Below are positions 48,966 to 57,020 of a DNA stretch of 64,000 bases, in pieces. The stretch is taken from contig JAFWBI010000004.1 in assembly GCA_017507215.1 (NCBI GenBank), positions 19,617 through 83,616 of the forward strand, written 5' to 3'. This stretch comes from Clostridia bacterium (GTDB taxonomy: Bacteria > Bacillota > Clostridia > Christensenellales > UBA1242). Position numbers and translations under genes: made by a program. Numbering within the stretch: the stretch's first letter is position 1; each line of letters starts with the position of its first letter. The notes below the pieces were generated by a model, which was given only the letters and a program-made list of their open reading frames with translations, was not told where the DNA came from and did no database searches.

Positions 48966-49736
48966 ATGTGTAGGATTATAGGATTTGTTTCTGCAAAGGG
49001 TGGGGTTGGAAAAACTTCGATAATTTTTCATCTTGCAAATGAATTGTCAAAAAAATATAGGGTTTGTGTTTTTGATTCTTATTTTTTTTTGAACGATATT
49101 TCAGAAAGATTTGCTGGAAGTGTTGGTGGTGACTTGAAAGATTATTTGACTGGCGAACTGGGAACTGATAACGTTTTGAGAAAGGTGAGAAGCAACTTAT
49201 ATCTAGTCAGAACGAATGAAAATTTCGATTATTTAAAACACAGTGAACTTATTAAATTTTTTATATCAGAATTGTCGTTTCGATTTGATTATATTTTGAT
49301 TGATATAAATTCGTTTAATTTTAGAGTTTTAAACTTGATGCTTTGTGTTTCAACGGAGATTGTTTATATTTGCACAGATGATGAACTTTGTGTTAAGAAT
49401 ACAGCTAAGTTAATGGTGTATATAAAAAATTTTACTAAGGCTAAAAGTTCTAAATTTATTTTAAATAAGGCAAGGATTATTCATATGATGAGAAATAAAT
49501 GTTTGAATGTGAATGACATTTCTGAACTTTTAAAAATGGATTCATTATTTGTTATTCCAAAGTTTTATATTAATAACAATAAAAGCAGTGAAAAAATATT
49601 TTTAAACAACAAAAATTTTATTAGAAAATTAAGTTATAGTATTATAACTAATAAGATGTGCGATTATGACATTTATAAGCGGTATAGGGGACCATTTGGA
49701 TATATTAGAAGAATAAGGTGTTTTAAGTATGAATAA
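48966..49736 (+). CDS. minD: MinD/ParA-family ATPase (divergent MinD)
   Basis: Deviant Walker A GFVSAKGGVGKTS, FDSYFFLNDIS, ILIDINS. Basic amphipathic C-terminus (FGYIRRIRCF). Confidence 0.7.
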   Translation: MCRIIGFVSAKGGVGKTSIIFHLANELSKKYRVCVFDSYFFLNDISERFAGSVGGDLKDYLTGELGTDNVLRKVRSNLYLVRTNENFDYLKHSELIKFFISELSFRFDYILIDINSFNFRVLNLMLCVSTEIVYICTDDELCVKNTAKLMVYIKNFTKAKSSKFILNKARIIHMMRNKCLNVNDISELLKMDSLFVIPKFYINNNKSSEKIFLNNKNFIRKLSYSIITNKMCDYDIYKRYRGPFGYIRRIRCFKYE

Positions 49737-49956
49737 AATTGAATTAAAAAAGCGACTTAGAGATTCAATGAATATTGAAAGTTTTAAACTTAATAAAACG
49801 CTGCACATAAATTTAAAACAGGATATTGTGAGTGTTTTAAAAGACTATTATGATGTTGATGAAAAATCACTAAAAGTTGTTTTCAAAATTTTGAAAAATG
49901 GTGATATTGTTTTTGATTTAAGTTGTTTGATTAGAGATAAAAATTGTTTATCATAA
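49729..49956 (+). CDS. MinE-like topological specificity factor (tentative)
   Basis: 75 aa, overlaps minD by 8 nt. The C-terminal pattern LKQDIVSVLKDYYDVDEKSLKVVFK...DIVFDLS resembles the MinE beta-alpha core. Confidence 0.4.
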   Translation: MNKIELKKRLRDSMNIESFKLNKTLHINLKQDIVSVLKDYYDVDEKSLKVVFKILKNGDIVFDLSCLIRDKNCLS

Positions 49957-49968
49957 TTTGCAAAAATA

Positions 49969-50844
49969 TTGCATATATTTATTATAATGAAGCAATATTT
50001 CAATAAAATAAGTGAAAAAATGCGAAAAAATGTCAAAATCTTATCTTTTGTTAAGATTGATATTTCGTTTTTGTTGCTCTTATTTTTGGCAGTTGTTTTA
50101 GAAGAAGTTAAGCTTTATTTTATATATGTCATATTTATTATTTTGCACGAACTGTCACATTTTTTTGTTGCTAAAAAACTTGGCTATTTGCCACAAAAAA
50201 TCCATCTTACTTTCTTTGGTGCATCACTTGAAGGATATGACGATTTTTTGTTTTATGATGAAATGAAGATAATTATTGCAGGTCCATTTTTTAATTTTTG
50301 TGTCATAGTTTTTTGTTATCTTTGTTTTTGGTTTAGACCAGAAAGTTTTATTTTTTTGAATGATATTTTGGTTGCAAATTTGTCAATTTTTTTGTTTAAT
50401 ATTTTGCCAATTTATCCACTTGATATGGGCAGATTTATTCTTGCAAAATTATCAAAAAAACATTTGAGAAATGATGCCGTTAAGAAGGTGAAAAAATATT
50501 CGCTTTTTGTGATTTTGTTTTTATTTTTTGTCTTTTTGCTGTCATTCTTTTTTGAGTATAATTTTTCGTTTGGATTTGTATGTGTCAATCTTGTTAGACT
50601 GCTTTTTAAAAGTGGAAAAGAAACATCTTATAAAAGGCAGTTGTTTGTTTCAAGAAAGTTGAAGTTTTTGAAAAAGGGTTTGTTTGAAAGAGCAGTGTAT
50701 GTTCCAGAAAAAACAAAATTGTTTGAGCTGTTTAAGTTTATTGATGACACGCATTATTTTCGCTTTATTTTTCTTGATGATTTAGGAACAAAGGTTAAAG
50801 AAATGTCTGAAGTTGAAATCTATAAAGCGTGTGATTTTATTTAA
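49969..50844 (+). CDS. M50 site-2 protease family (SpoIVFB-like) membrane metalloprotease
   Basis: HELSHFF inside a TM helix, plus the second motif FNILPIYPLDMGR. The start is uncertain: 49969 TTG, 49987 or 50020. Confidence 0.7.
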   Translation: MHIFIIMKQYFNKISEKMRKNVKILSFVKIDISFLLLLFLAVVLEEVKLYFIYVIFIILHELSHFFVAKKLGYLPQKIHLTFFGASLEGYDDFLFYDEMKIIIAGPFFNFCVIVFCYLCFWFRPESFIFLNDILVANLSIFLFNILPIYPLDMGRFILAKLSKKHLRNDAVKKVKKYSLFVILFLFFVFLLSFFFEYNFSFGFVCVNLVRLLFKSGKETSYKRQLFVSRKLKFLKKGLFERAVYVPEKTKLFELFKFIDDTHYFRFIFLDDLGTKVKEMSEVEIYKACDFI

Positions 50845-50861
50845 TTATTATTAATAAATAC

Positions 50862-50890
50862 CTTGACAAGAAAAGGCAAAAGTGCTAAAT
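50862..50890 (+). promoter_or_regulatory. sigma-A promoter of the rplU operon
   Basis: TTGACA, 17-nt spacer, TAAATT. Confidence 0.5.
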
Positions 50891-50996
50891 TATAGTCGTG
50901 CCACTTGCAAAAGGTATTTTTTTCTTGTGAAAAAATCAAGATATAACCCTGAGTTATACACCTTCGCAGTGAGACTGGAGAGAGGAGGAAAAGTTA
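50891..50996 (+). promoter_or_regulatory. possible ribosomal-protein L21 leader
   Basis: About 100-nt 5' UTR with hairpins (CTTG..CAAG, TATAAC-cctga-GTTATA) in the position where Firmicutes carry the L21 leader. Not verified against a covariance model. Confidence 0.3.
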
Positions 50997-51305
50997 ATGT
51001 ACGCTATTGTTGAAGTTGGTGGAAAACAATATAAAGTTGAACCAAACACATATTTCAAAGCAGAAAAAATTGACGCTCAAGTTGGTGACAAAGTTGAACT
51101 TCCATGTTTGCTTGTTGCTGATGGTGATAAAGTTGAAATCGCTTCTGCTAATGGAAAGAAAGCTAAGGCTATCTGCGAAGTTCTTGAATTCGGAAAAGAA
51201 AAGAAAGTTGTTGTATACAAATACAAAGCTAAGAAGAACGTTCGTAAGAAACAAGGTCATCGTCAACCATTCACAAAACTTAAAGTTGTTTCAATTGAAA
51301 AATAA
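50997..51305 (+). CDS. rplU: 50S ribosomal protein L21
   Basis: MYAIVEVGGKQYKV...KKNVRKKQGHRQPFTKLKV. Confidence 0.95.
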   Translation: MYAIVEVGGKQYKVEPNTYFKAEKIDAQVGDKVELPCLLVADGDKVEIASANGKKAKAICEVLEFGKEKKVVVYKYKAKKNVRKKQGHRQPFTKLKVVSIEK

Positions 51306-51326
51306 TTAAGTCTAGTGTGGTAAGAT

Positions 51327-51662
51327 ATGACAAAAGTAGTTATTAGTAAAAAGAATAATAAAATTTTCGACGTTGAGTGTGATGGTCACACAAATTACGG
51401 CGAGAAAGGTGAAGATATAGTTTGTGCATCACTTTCAAGCATTGTTCAAACAGCAGTTTTAGGGCTTTTGATGGTTGTGCTTGTTGAACTTGATATGAAA
51501 CGTGATGATGAAGCAGGTTATTTGAAATTCACTTTACCTGAAAAACTTACAGCAGAACAAGACACTCAAGCTTGTGCAATTTTAGACACAATGCTTTGTG
51601 GGATTTCTGACCTTAATGAAAGTTTTTCTGACTATATTGAATTGGAGGTTAAAAACTTATGA
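51327..51662 (+). CDS. prp: ribosomal-processing cysteine protease Prp
   Basis: [20 protein letters not shown] (His/Cys dyad), located between rplU and rpmA. Confidence 0.85.
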   Translation: MTKVVISKKNNKIFDVECDGHTNYGEKGEDIVCASLSSIVQTAVLGLLMVVLVELDMKRDDEAGYLKFTLPEKLTAEQDTQACAILDTMLCGISDLNESFSDYIELEVKNL

Positions 51663-51949
51663 CAATGTTTATGAATATCCAGTTATTTGCTCACCATAAA
51701 GGTGGTGGTTCAACAAGAAACGGACGTGATTCAAACGCTCAAAGACTTGGTGTTAAAAAATATTCTGGCGAAACTGTTAAAGGTGGAAACATTATTGTTC
51801 GTCAAAGAGGAACTAATGTTCACCCAGGCGAAAATGTAGGCATTGGTGATGACGATACTCTTTACGCTAAAATTGATGGCGTTGTTAAATTTGAAAAATT
51901 TGGCAAAGACAAAAAGAGAGTTTCAGTTGTTCCAGCTGAAAGCAAGTAA
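51659..51949 (+). CDS. rpmA: 50S ribosomal protein L27 with an N-terminal propeptide
   Basis: [10 protein letters not shown]|[23 protein letters not shown]. The Prp cleavage context (LF|A) is present. Confidence 0.95.
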   Translation: MTMFMNIQLFAHHKGGGSTRNGRDSNAQRLGVKKYSGETVKGGNIIVRQRGTNVHPGENVGIGDDDTLYAKIDGVVKFEKFGKDKKRVSVVPAESK

Positions 51950-51960
51950 TTTTTAAATTT

Positions 51961-51987
51961 AAGCGAAACTTCGGTTTCGCTTTTTTT
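51961..51987 (+). terminator. intrinsic terminator
   Basis: AGCGAAAC-ttcg-GTTTCGCT followed by T7. Confidence 0.65.
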
Positions 51988-52090
51988 ATGTAAATTTTTT
52001 CAAGTAATATTTTATTGAAATTAAATAAAAATTTAGTTGTAATTTTGGCATCTTAAATGTTATCATAGACACATAAGAGAGGTATTATAT

Positions 52091-52495
52091 ATGAGCGCAA
52101 CTAATGAACGTATTGTTAGAATTTTAAGACAGGCAAAAACATTCTTTTTTGCAACAGTTGATGGTGACCAACCACGTGTTAGACCATTCAATGCTGTTGT
52201 TGAATTTGATGAAAAAGTATATTTTTACACAAACAACCACAAAAGCGCATTTAGACAAATGATGGAATCTCCAAAAATTGAACTTTGTGCACAAATTTCT
52301 GACGAAAGATGGATTCGTGTTAGTGGAAAAATTGTATTTGACTATCGTCCTGAACCAAAGAAGGCTATGCTTGATGCTAATCCAGAGCTTAGAAAAATGT
52401 ATTCAGAAGACGATAAGATTTTTGAAGTGTTCTATTTGAGCAATTTATCAGCACAAATTCATTCACTTCATGAAAGTCCTGAAGTTATTTGCTAA
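52091..52495 (+). CDS. pyridoxamine 5'-phosphate oxidase-like (FMN-binding split barrel) family protein
   Basis: AKTFFFATVDGDQPRVRPF...IELCAQ...WIRVSGK pattern. Confidence 0.65.
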   Translation: MSATNERIVRILRQAKTFFFATVDGDQPRVRPFNAVVEFDEKVYFYTNNHKSAFRQMMESPKIELCAQISDERWIRVSGKIVFDYRPEPKKAMLDANPELRKMYSEDDKIFEVFYLSNLSAQIHSLHESPEVIC

Positions 52496-52496
52496 A

Positions 52497-52532
52497 ATGA
52501 AAAAGACTAGGTGATTCCTAGTCTTTTTTTTC
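52497..52532. terminator. bidirectional intrinsic terminator
   Basis: AGACTAGG/CCTAGTCT stem with an A-run and T8. Overlaps the ogg stop codon. Confidence 0.6.
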
Positions 52533-53348
52533 GCGTTCATAATAGAATAAATATTGTTGTGCGATTCCGGAATATTGTTTAAATTCGGATTCGAAATATT
52601 TTTGAATAGCTGGCCTAGTTCGTTTTTCAGATGAAAAATGATTGAAATATACTTGTTCAATCCAAGTGTCTACTGGAAATTTATCCATTTTGTGGAATCC
52701 AAACAAGAGAATGCAACTTGCAACTTTTGGACCGATTCCTGTAAGGTGTATCAAAAAGTCGTAAATCTCATCAGTGCTTAAGCTTTCAATTTCTTTAAGG
52801 TTTACATGTAACAAATCGTCGGCCGTTTTCTTTAAAAATTTATCACGATAACCGGCACCAAGTGATTCAAAAAAGGAAAGTGGTTGATTTGAAAGTTCTG
52901 AGATTGTTGGAAAAGCGTGATAATCGTCAATCTCGTCACCAATTTGACATAACTTTTCAATAATTTTCTGAATTCGTTTAATATTGTTGTTTTGTGAAAT
53001 AATGTAAGAAAAAATCATTTCGTATGGGTCGCCGTTTAAAATTCGAATGCCATAGCCATATGGTATCATTGTTGAAAGAATTTTGTTTTTGCTAAGTGTC
53101 TTTTTGATTTCGTTGTAATCAGTGTCTAGGTCAAAATAGTTAACGAAATAACTTGCGTTATTAGATATTATTTCATAACAATCATCTTTTTCGATTATGG
53201 TTGCTTTATATCTGTCTGAAATCACGTAATAATTTCCGTCATCATTGATGCCAAACCTAAAGACTTGTCCACATTCTAAGATGTGTTTTGGATTGAATTG
53301 GGTTTTGTCAAAAACTTTAATAATGTTGTTTTCAATGGTATAAATCAT
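52518..53348 (-). CDS. ogg: 8-oxoguanine DNA glycosylase / HhH-GPD family N-glycosylase
   Basis: OGG N-terminal fold, then HhH-GPD LTGIGPKVASCILLFGFHKMDKFPVDTWI. Confidence 0.75.
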   Translation of the reverse strand: MIYTIENNIIKVFDKTQFNPKHILECGQVFRFGINDDGNYYVISDRYKATIIEKDDCYEIISNNASYFVNYFDLDTDYNEIKKTLSKNKILSTMIPYGYGIRILNGDPYEMIFSYIISQNNNIKRIQKIIEKLCQIGDEIDDYHAFPTISELSNQPLSFFESLGAGYRDKFLKKTADDLLHVNLKEIESLSTDEIYDFLIHLTGIGPKVASCILLFGFHKMDKFPVDTWIEQVYFNHFSSEKRTRPAIQKYFESEFKQYSGIAQQYLFYYEREKKD

Positions 53349-53435
53349 AGCTAGATTATATCATTATTGTAAAAAGTTGACAATAATTTGTTGTATATCG
53401 AAGAAATTTTATGATAAAATGATATTAGGTGAATT

Positions 53436-54035
53436 ATGTTATTTGTTTATTCTAAATTTAAAAAGAAAAAATGGCTAAAACTTGGTCCTGAAAAAAGGCT
53501 TAAAGTTTTGATTGCTCTTGAAAAAAAGATTGCAAAAAAACTCAAAATCGCTCCACTTAAACTTGAGATTAATGAAGATGAAAACTGGGGCTGTTTTGGT
53601 TCATTTTCTGTTGATGAAAATGGCAAGAAGATTTCGCTTAATACAAACCTTCTTTATGAGCCAAAGTATAGATTTCATGCTATGGAAACTATTGCGCATG
53701 AAACAAGACATGCTTATCAACACACAATCATTTCAAGAGATTTGAAATGGTATGAATTTACTGCGAAAAAGTGGAGACGTAATTGGAGTGGATATTTCAA
53801 CTCGTCAACTGACAACGTTATGTATAACAATCAGGCGATTGAAAGAGATGCTCAAAAATATTCGCTCAAGATTTTAAAGCAACACAAATATCCTGATGAA
53901 GATTACATCAGAACTTATGATGCTGTGAAGTATAGATATGACCAAGCTGAAGTTGAAGCAAAAAAGAAATATGGCTTTTTCTATAAACACAAAATCGAGA
54001 AAAATATTAAAAACAGAGCAAAATATGATTATTAA
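53436..54035 (+). CDS. hypothetical HExxH protein (putative Zn-metallopeptidase-like)
   Basis: METIAHETRHAYQH motif. 199 aa. No family call. Confidence 0.45.
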   Translation: MLFVYSKFKKKKWLKLGPEKRLKVLIALEKKIAKKLKIAPLKLEINEDENWGCFGSFSVDENGKKISLNTNLLYEPKYRFHAMETIAHETRHAYQHTIISRDLKWYEFTAKKWRRNWSGYFNSSTDNVMYNNQAIERDAQKYSLKILKQHKYPDEDYIRTYDAVKYRYDQAEVEAKKKYGFFYKHKIEKNIKNRAKYDY

Positions 54036-54156
54036 TTGCAAGGCGAATAAGCTTTGCAATTTTAATTTTGGTTGTTATGCTTTTATAATTAATTTATTAA
54101 TACGTATTGATTTTTTTGTGTCTACATGTTATAATTAAATCAATTCGGAGGGGCTT

Positions 54157-55362
54157 ATGATTTTAAGTGGTTTTCAATTAACTACGGGCTGGATAGCGGC
54201 AATCATTGTTGTTGCTGTGCTTTTTGTGACATTTGTTGTCACAGTGCTTGTTATGGTTCCATTCAGGCTTTGGTTCCGTGCGTTCGTTTCGTCTGCACAT
54301 ATATCAATGCTTAAACTTATTGGAATGAAACTTAGAAAAGTTGATTGCCAACTTATAACCCTTAACTATATCACTGCTAGAAAAGCTGGTTTGAAGATTA
54401 CTGTTGATGAACTTGAAACTCACTTTATGGCAGGTGGAAGTGTTGAAAATGTTGTTAAAGCTCTTGTTGCTGCATTTTCAGCAAACATTGACCTTACAGT
54501 TCAAAAGGCAAAGGCGATTGACCTTGCTGGACGTGATGTTTATGAAGCTGTAAAAAATACCGTTGTTCCAAAAATTATTGAAACTCCTGAAATTGCTGCA
54601 GTTGCAAAAGATGGTATTGAACTTATCGTTAAGGCGAAAGTTACTGTGGTTTCAAATATGCTTATGCAGATTTCGGGTGCCGGTGAAGATACTATTATTG
54701 CTCGTGTTGGTGAAGGTATCGTTACAACTGTTGGTTCAACAGATTCGCACAAAATGATTCTTGAAAGCCCTGAGCTTATATCTTCAACGGTTCTTGAAAA
54801 GGGTCTTGACAGGGGCACTGCATATTATATTTCATCTCTTGATATTGCTGACATTGATGTAGGAAGAAATATTGACGCTGAACTCAACATTGCAAAAGCT
54901 GAAGCTGAAAAGAGAATTGCTCAAGCAAAAGCTGAAGAAAGAAAAAGTATGGCTATTGCAGCTGAAAATGAAATGAAGGCAAGAGTTCAAGAAATGCGAG
55001 CTGAAGTTATCAGAGCTGAAGCTGAAGTTCCAAAAGCACTTGCAAAAGCGCTATCTGCTGGAAAGATTTCTGTTAATGATTATTATGAAATGCAAAATAT
55101 AAAAGCTGATACAGCGATGAGAAATTCGCTTTCAAAAGCAGAAGATGAAAAGGCTGAAAAGCTCAGTTCGCTTCCAAAGAAAGACCCATCTGCTGCACCA
55201 CCAAGACCAATGATGCAAACACCACCAATGCCACAAACTCCAGTTGGATTTGGTGCACCAAGTCCATTCTCGCAACAGATGAATCCACTTGCTGCAAGAT
55301 TTGCAAGTTTGGCTGCTGCTCAAAAACGTAATAACAACTCAGGTTCAGATGATAATAAATAA
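54157..55362 (+). CDS. floA: flotillin-like protein FloA (UPF0365) with a Pro-rich C-terminal extension
   Basis: VPFRLWFRAFVSSAHISMLKLIGMKLRKV...LETHFMAGGSVENVVKALVAAFSANIDL...AIDLAGRDVYEAV...PKIIETP. Tail PPRPMMQTPPMPQTPVGFGAPSP. Confidence 0.8.
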   Translation: MILSGFQLTTGWIAAIIVVAVLFVTFVVTVLVMVPFRLWFRAFVSSAHISMLKLIGMKLRKVDCQLITLNYITARKAGLKITVDELETHFMAGGSVENVVKALVAAFSANIDLTVQKAKAIDLAGRDVYEAVKNTVVPKIIETPEIAAVAKDGIELIVKAKVTVVSNMLMQISGAGEDTIIARVGEGIVTTVGSTDSHKMILESPELISSTVLEKGLDRGTAYYISSLDIADIDVGRNIDAELNIAKAEAEKRIAQAKAEERKSMAIAAENEMKARVQEMRAEVIRAEAEVPKALAKALSAGKISVNDYYEMQNIKADTAMRNSLSKAEDEKAEKLSSLPKKDPSAAPPRPMMQTPPMPQTPVGFGAPSPFSQQMNPLAARFASLAAAQKRNNNSGSDDNK

Positions 55363-55376
55363 TAGGTTGGTGTGAT

Positions 55377-56300
55377 ATGGAATATATATTGCAAAATCCT
55401 TTAATTTTAGTAGCCTTGATTTTGGTTGTTATGGTTGGGCTTGCTTATATTATTGTTAAACCAAGAAAAAAACAGGCTAAAAAAGATGATAAAAAGCCAG
55501 AATCTGAAAGTGAAACAAAGGCGCCAGATGATGTGGCTGCCGATGCAAATGTGACTGCGTCGGAGTCTGAAGATAAACCAAAAAAGAAAAAGAAGAAACT
55601 TAGAAAATTAAAACCTGAGATTACTCATGTTTACGAAAAGAAGAAATTAAAATCTAAAGAAGAACAACCTGAAGAAAAACAAGAAGACCTTTCTCCGATT
55701 GAAGAAGAGTTTTTGAAAAGAATGCAGTTTGTGAAAACTTCAAAAAATATTTCTAAACTTAAACCATATACAGTAAAAGAAGAAATAGTTGAAGAACACA
55801 TTGAAGAACTTACGATGCCTGAAACCGAAGAAAAATGTGTTTTTTGTGAAGAAAGCCACAAAAGTTCATACTTTGATAGAAGCAGAAGGCTTTCAAAAAT
55901 GATTAAAGATGGAACTTTTGATGATATGTTTTGCTCGCATATTTCTGAAAAGTATATGAATATAGACGACATTTCAAGGCATATAAGAAACTGTGATGAA
56001 ATTGAAGAAAAATTGTTTGAGCGTGCTGCAAAAAGAATGGCAAACAGTGAAGCAAAGCTTTCAATTTCAGAAGAAGGAAAGGTTCAAAAACGTTCTAGCA
56101 AAGATGATGTTATGGCTTTGTCAGAAGAACGAAAAAGACAGGAAATTGCCAAGTTCGTGACAAGTAAAAACGAAGAATATCAAGTTGGTGACTATGACTA
56201 TGAAGACATTGTTCATGACGACGTTGACCTTAGTGCTAGAAATATTTTAGTTGTAGATTCAATTTTGAATAGAAAAGGTAAAACAAAGCCAAAGAAGTAA
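55377..56300 (+). CDS. hypothetical single-pass membrane protein, Lys/Glu-rich
   Basis: N-terminal TM helix LILVALILVVMVGLAYIIV, then charged low-complexity sequence. 307 aa. Confidence 0.45.
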   Translation: MEYILQNPLILVALILVVMVGLAYIIVKPRKKQAKKDDKKPESESETKAPDDVAADANVTASESEDKPKKKKKKLRKLKPEITHVYEKKKLKSKEEQPEEKQEDLSPIEEEFLKRMQFVKTSKNISKLKPYTVKEEIVEEHIEELTMPETEEKCVFCEESHKSSYFDRSRRLSKMIKDGTFDDMFCSHISEKYMNIDDISRHIRNCDEIEEKLFERAAKRMANSEAKLSISEEGKVQKRSSKDDVMALSEERKRQEIAKFVTSKNEEYQVGDYDYEDIVHDDVDLSARNILVVDSILNRKGKTKPKK

Positions 56301-56357
56301 TATTCTTGACTTTGTTTTTTTGTTGTGTTAAAATGACAAAGTTAAGGAAGGTGCTTT

Positions 56358-56897
56358 ATGAATATTTGGAAAGAATTTAATAAAGATAGAATTAAAAGTG
56401 ATGACTTCATTTGCTTCATAGAAATTGAACAAGGTGGCAAAAATAAATATGAACTTGACAAAGAAACATCTTTGATTATTTTGGATAGGGTGCTTTTCAC
56501 AGCAACATATTATCCAATGAACTATGGTTTTATTCCAAGAACACTTAGTCCTGATAATGACCCACTTGATGTTTTTGTTATGTGTAGCCAGCCTATTGAA
56601 AAGGCGAGCATTGTTAGATGCTATCCAATCGGCGTTATCAAAATGATTGACGGAAATGAAATGGACCAAAAAATTATTGCGATTCCATTTGGTGACCCAC
56701 AAAACAATCAATACACAGACATTTCAGAACTTCCAAAGCATATTTTTGATGAACTTATTCATTTCTTGACTGTTTACAAACAACTTGAAAACAAGCCTGT
56801 CAGAATTGAAAGTATTAGTGGAAGAAGAGAAGCTGTTGAAACTGTTGATGAGTGCATCAAAGCATTCGAAGAAGCTATGAAAGAAGGAAAGATTTAA
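56358..56897 (+). CDS. ppa: inorganic pyrophosphatase (family I)
   Basis: EIEQGGKNKYELDKE..., YPMNYGFIPRTLSPDNDPLDVFVM, IGVIKMIDGNEMDQKIIA. Confidence 0.9.
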   Translation: MNIWKEFNKDRIKSDDFICFIEIEQGGKNKYELDKETSLIILDRVLFTATYYPMNYGFIPRTLSPDNDPLDVFVMCSQPIEKASIVRCYPIGVIKMIDGNEMDQKIIAIPFGDPQNNQYTDISELPKHIFDELIHFLTVYKQLENKPVRIESISGRREAVETVDECIKAFEEAMKEGKI

Positions 56898-56927
56898 AAG
56901 GAGTGAAAATTCACTTCTTTTTTTGTT
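56898..56927 (+). terminator. intrinsic terminator
   Basis: 9-bp stem (one G-U pair) around AGTGA/TCACT, followed by T7. Confidence 0.5.
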
Positions 56928-57020
56928 TCAATAAATAAAAATGATGGTTGTTTATAGTTTTTGTTTTTATTTTGGCAAAAATATTGATATACTATAATTA
57001 GGAAATTTTAGGAGAAACTT

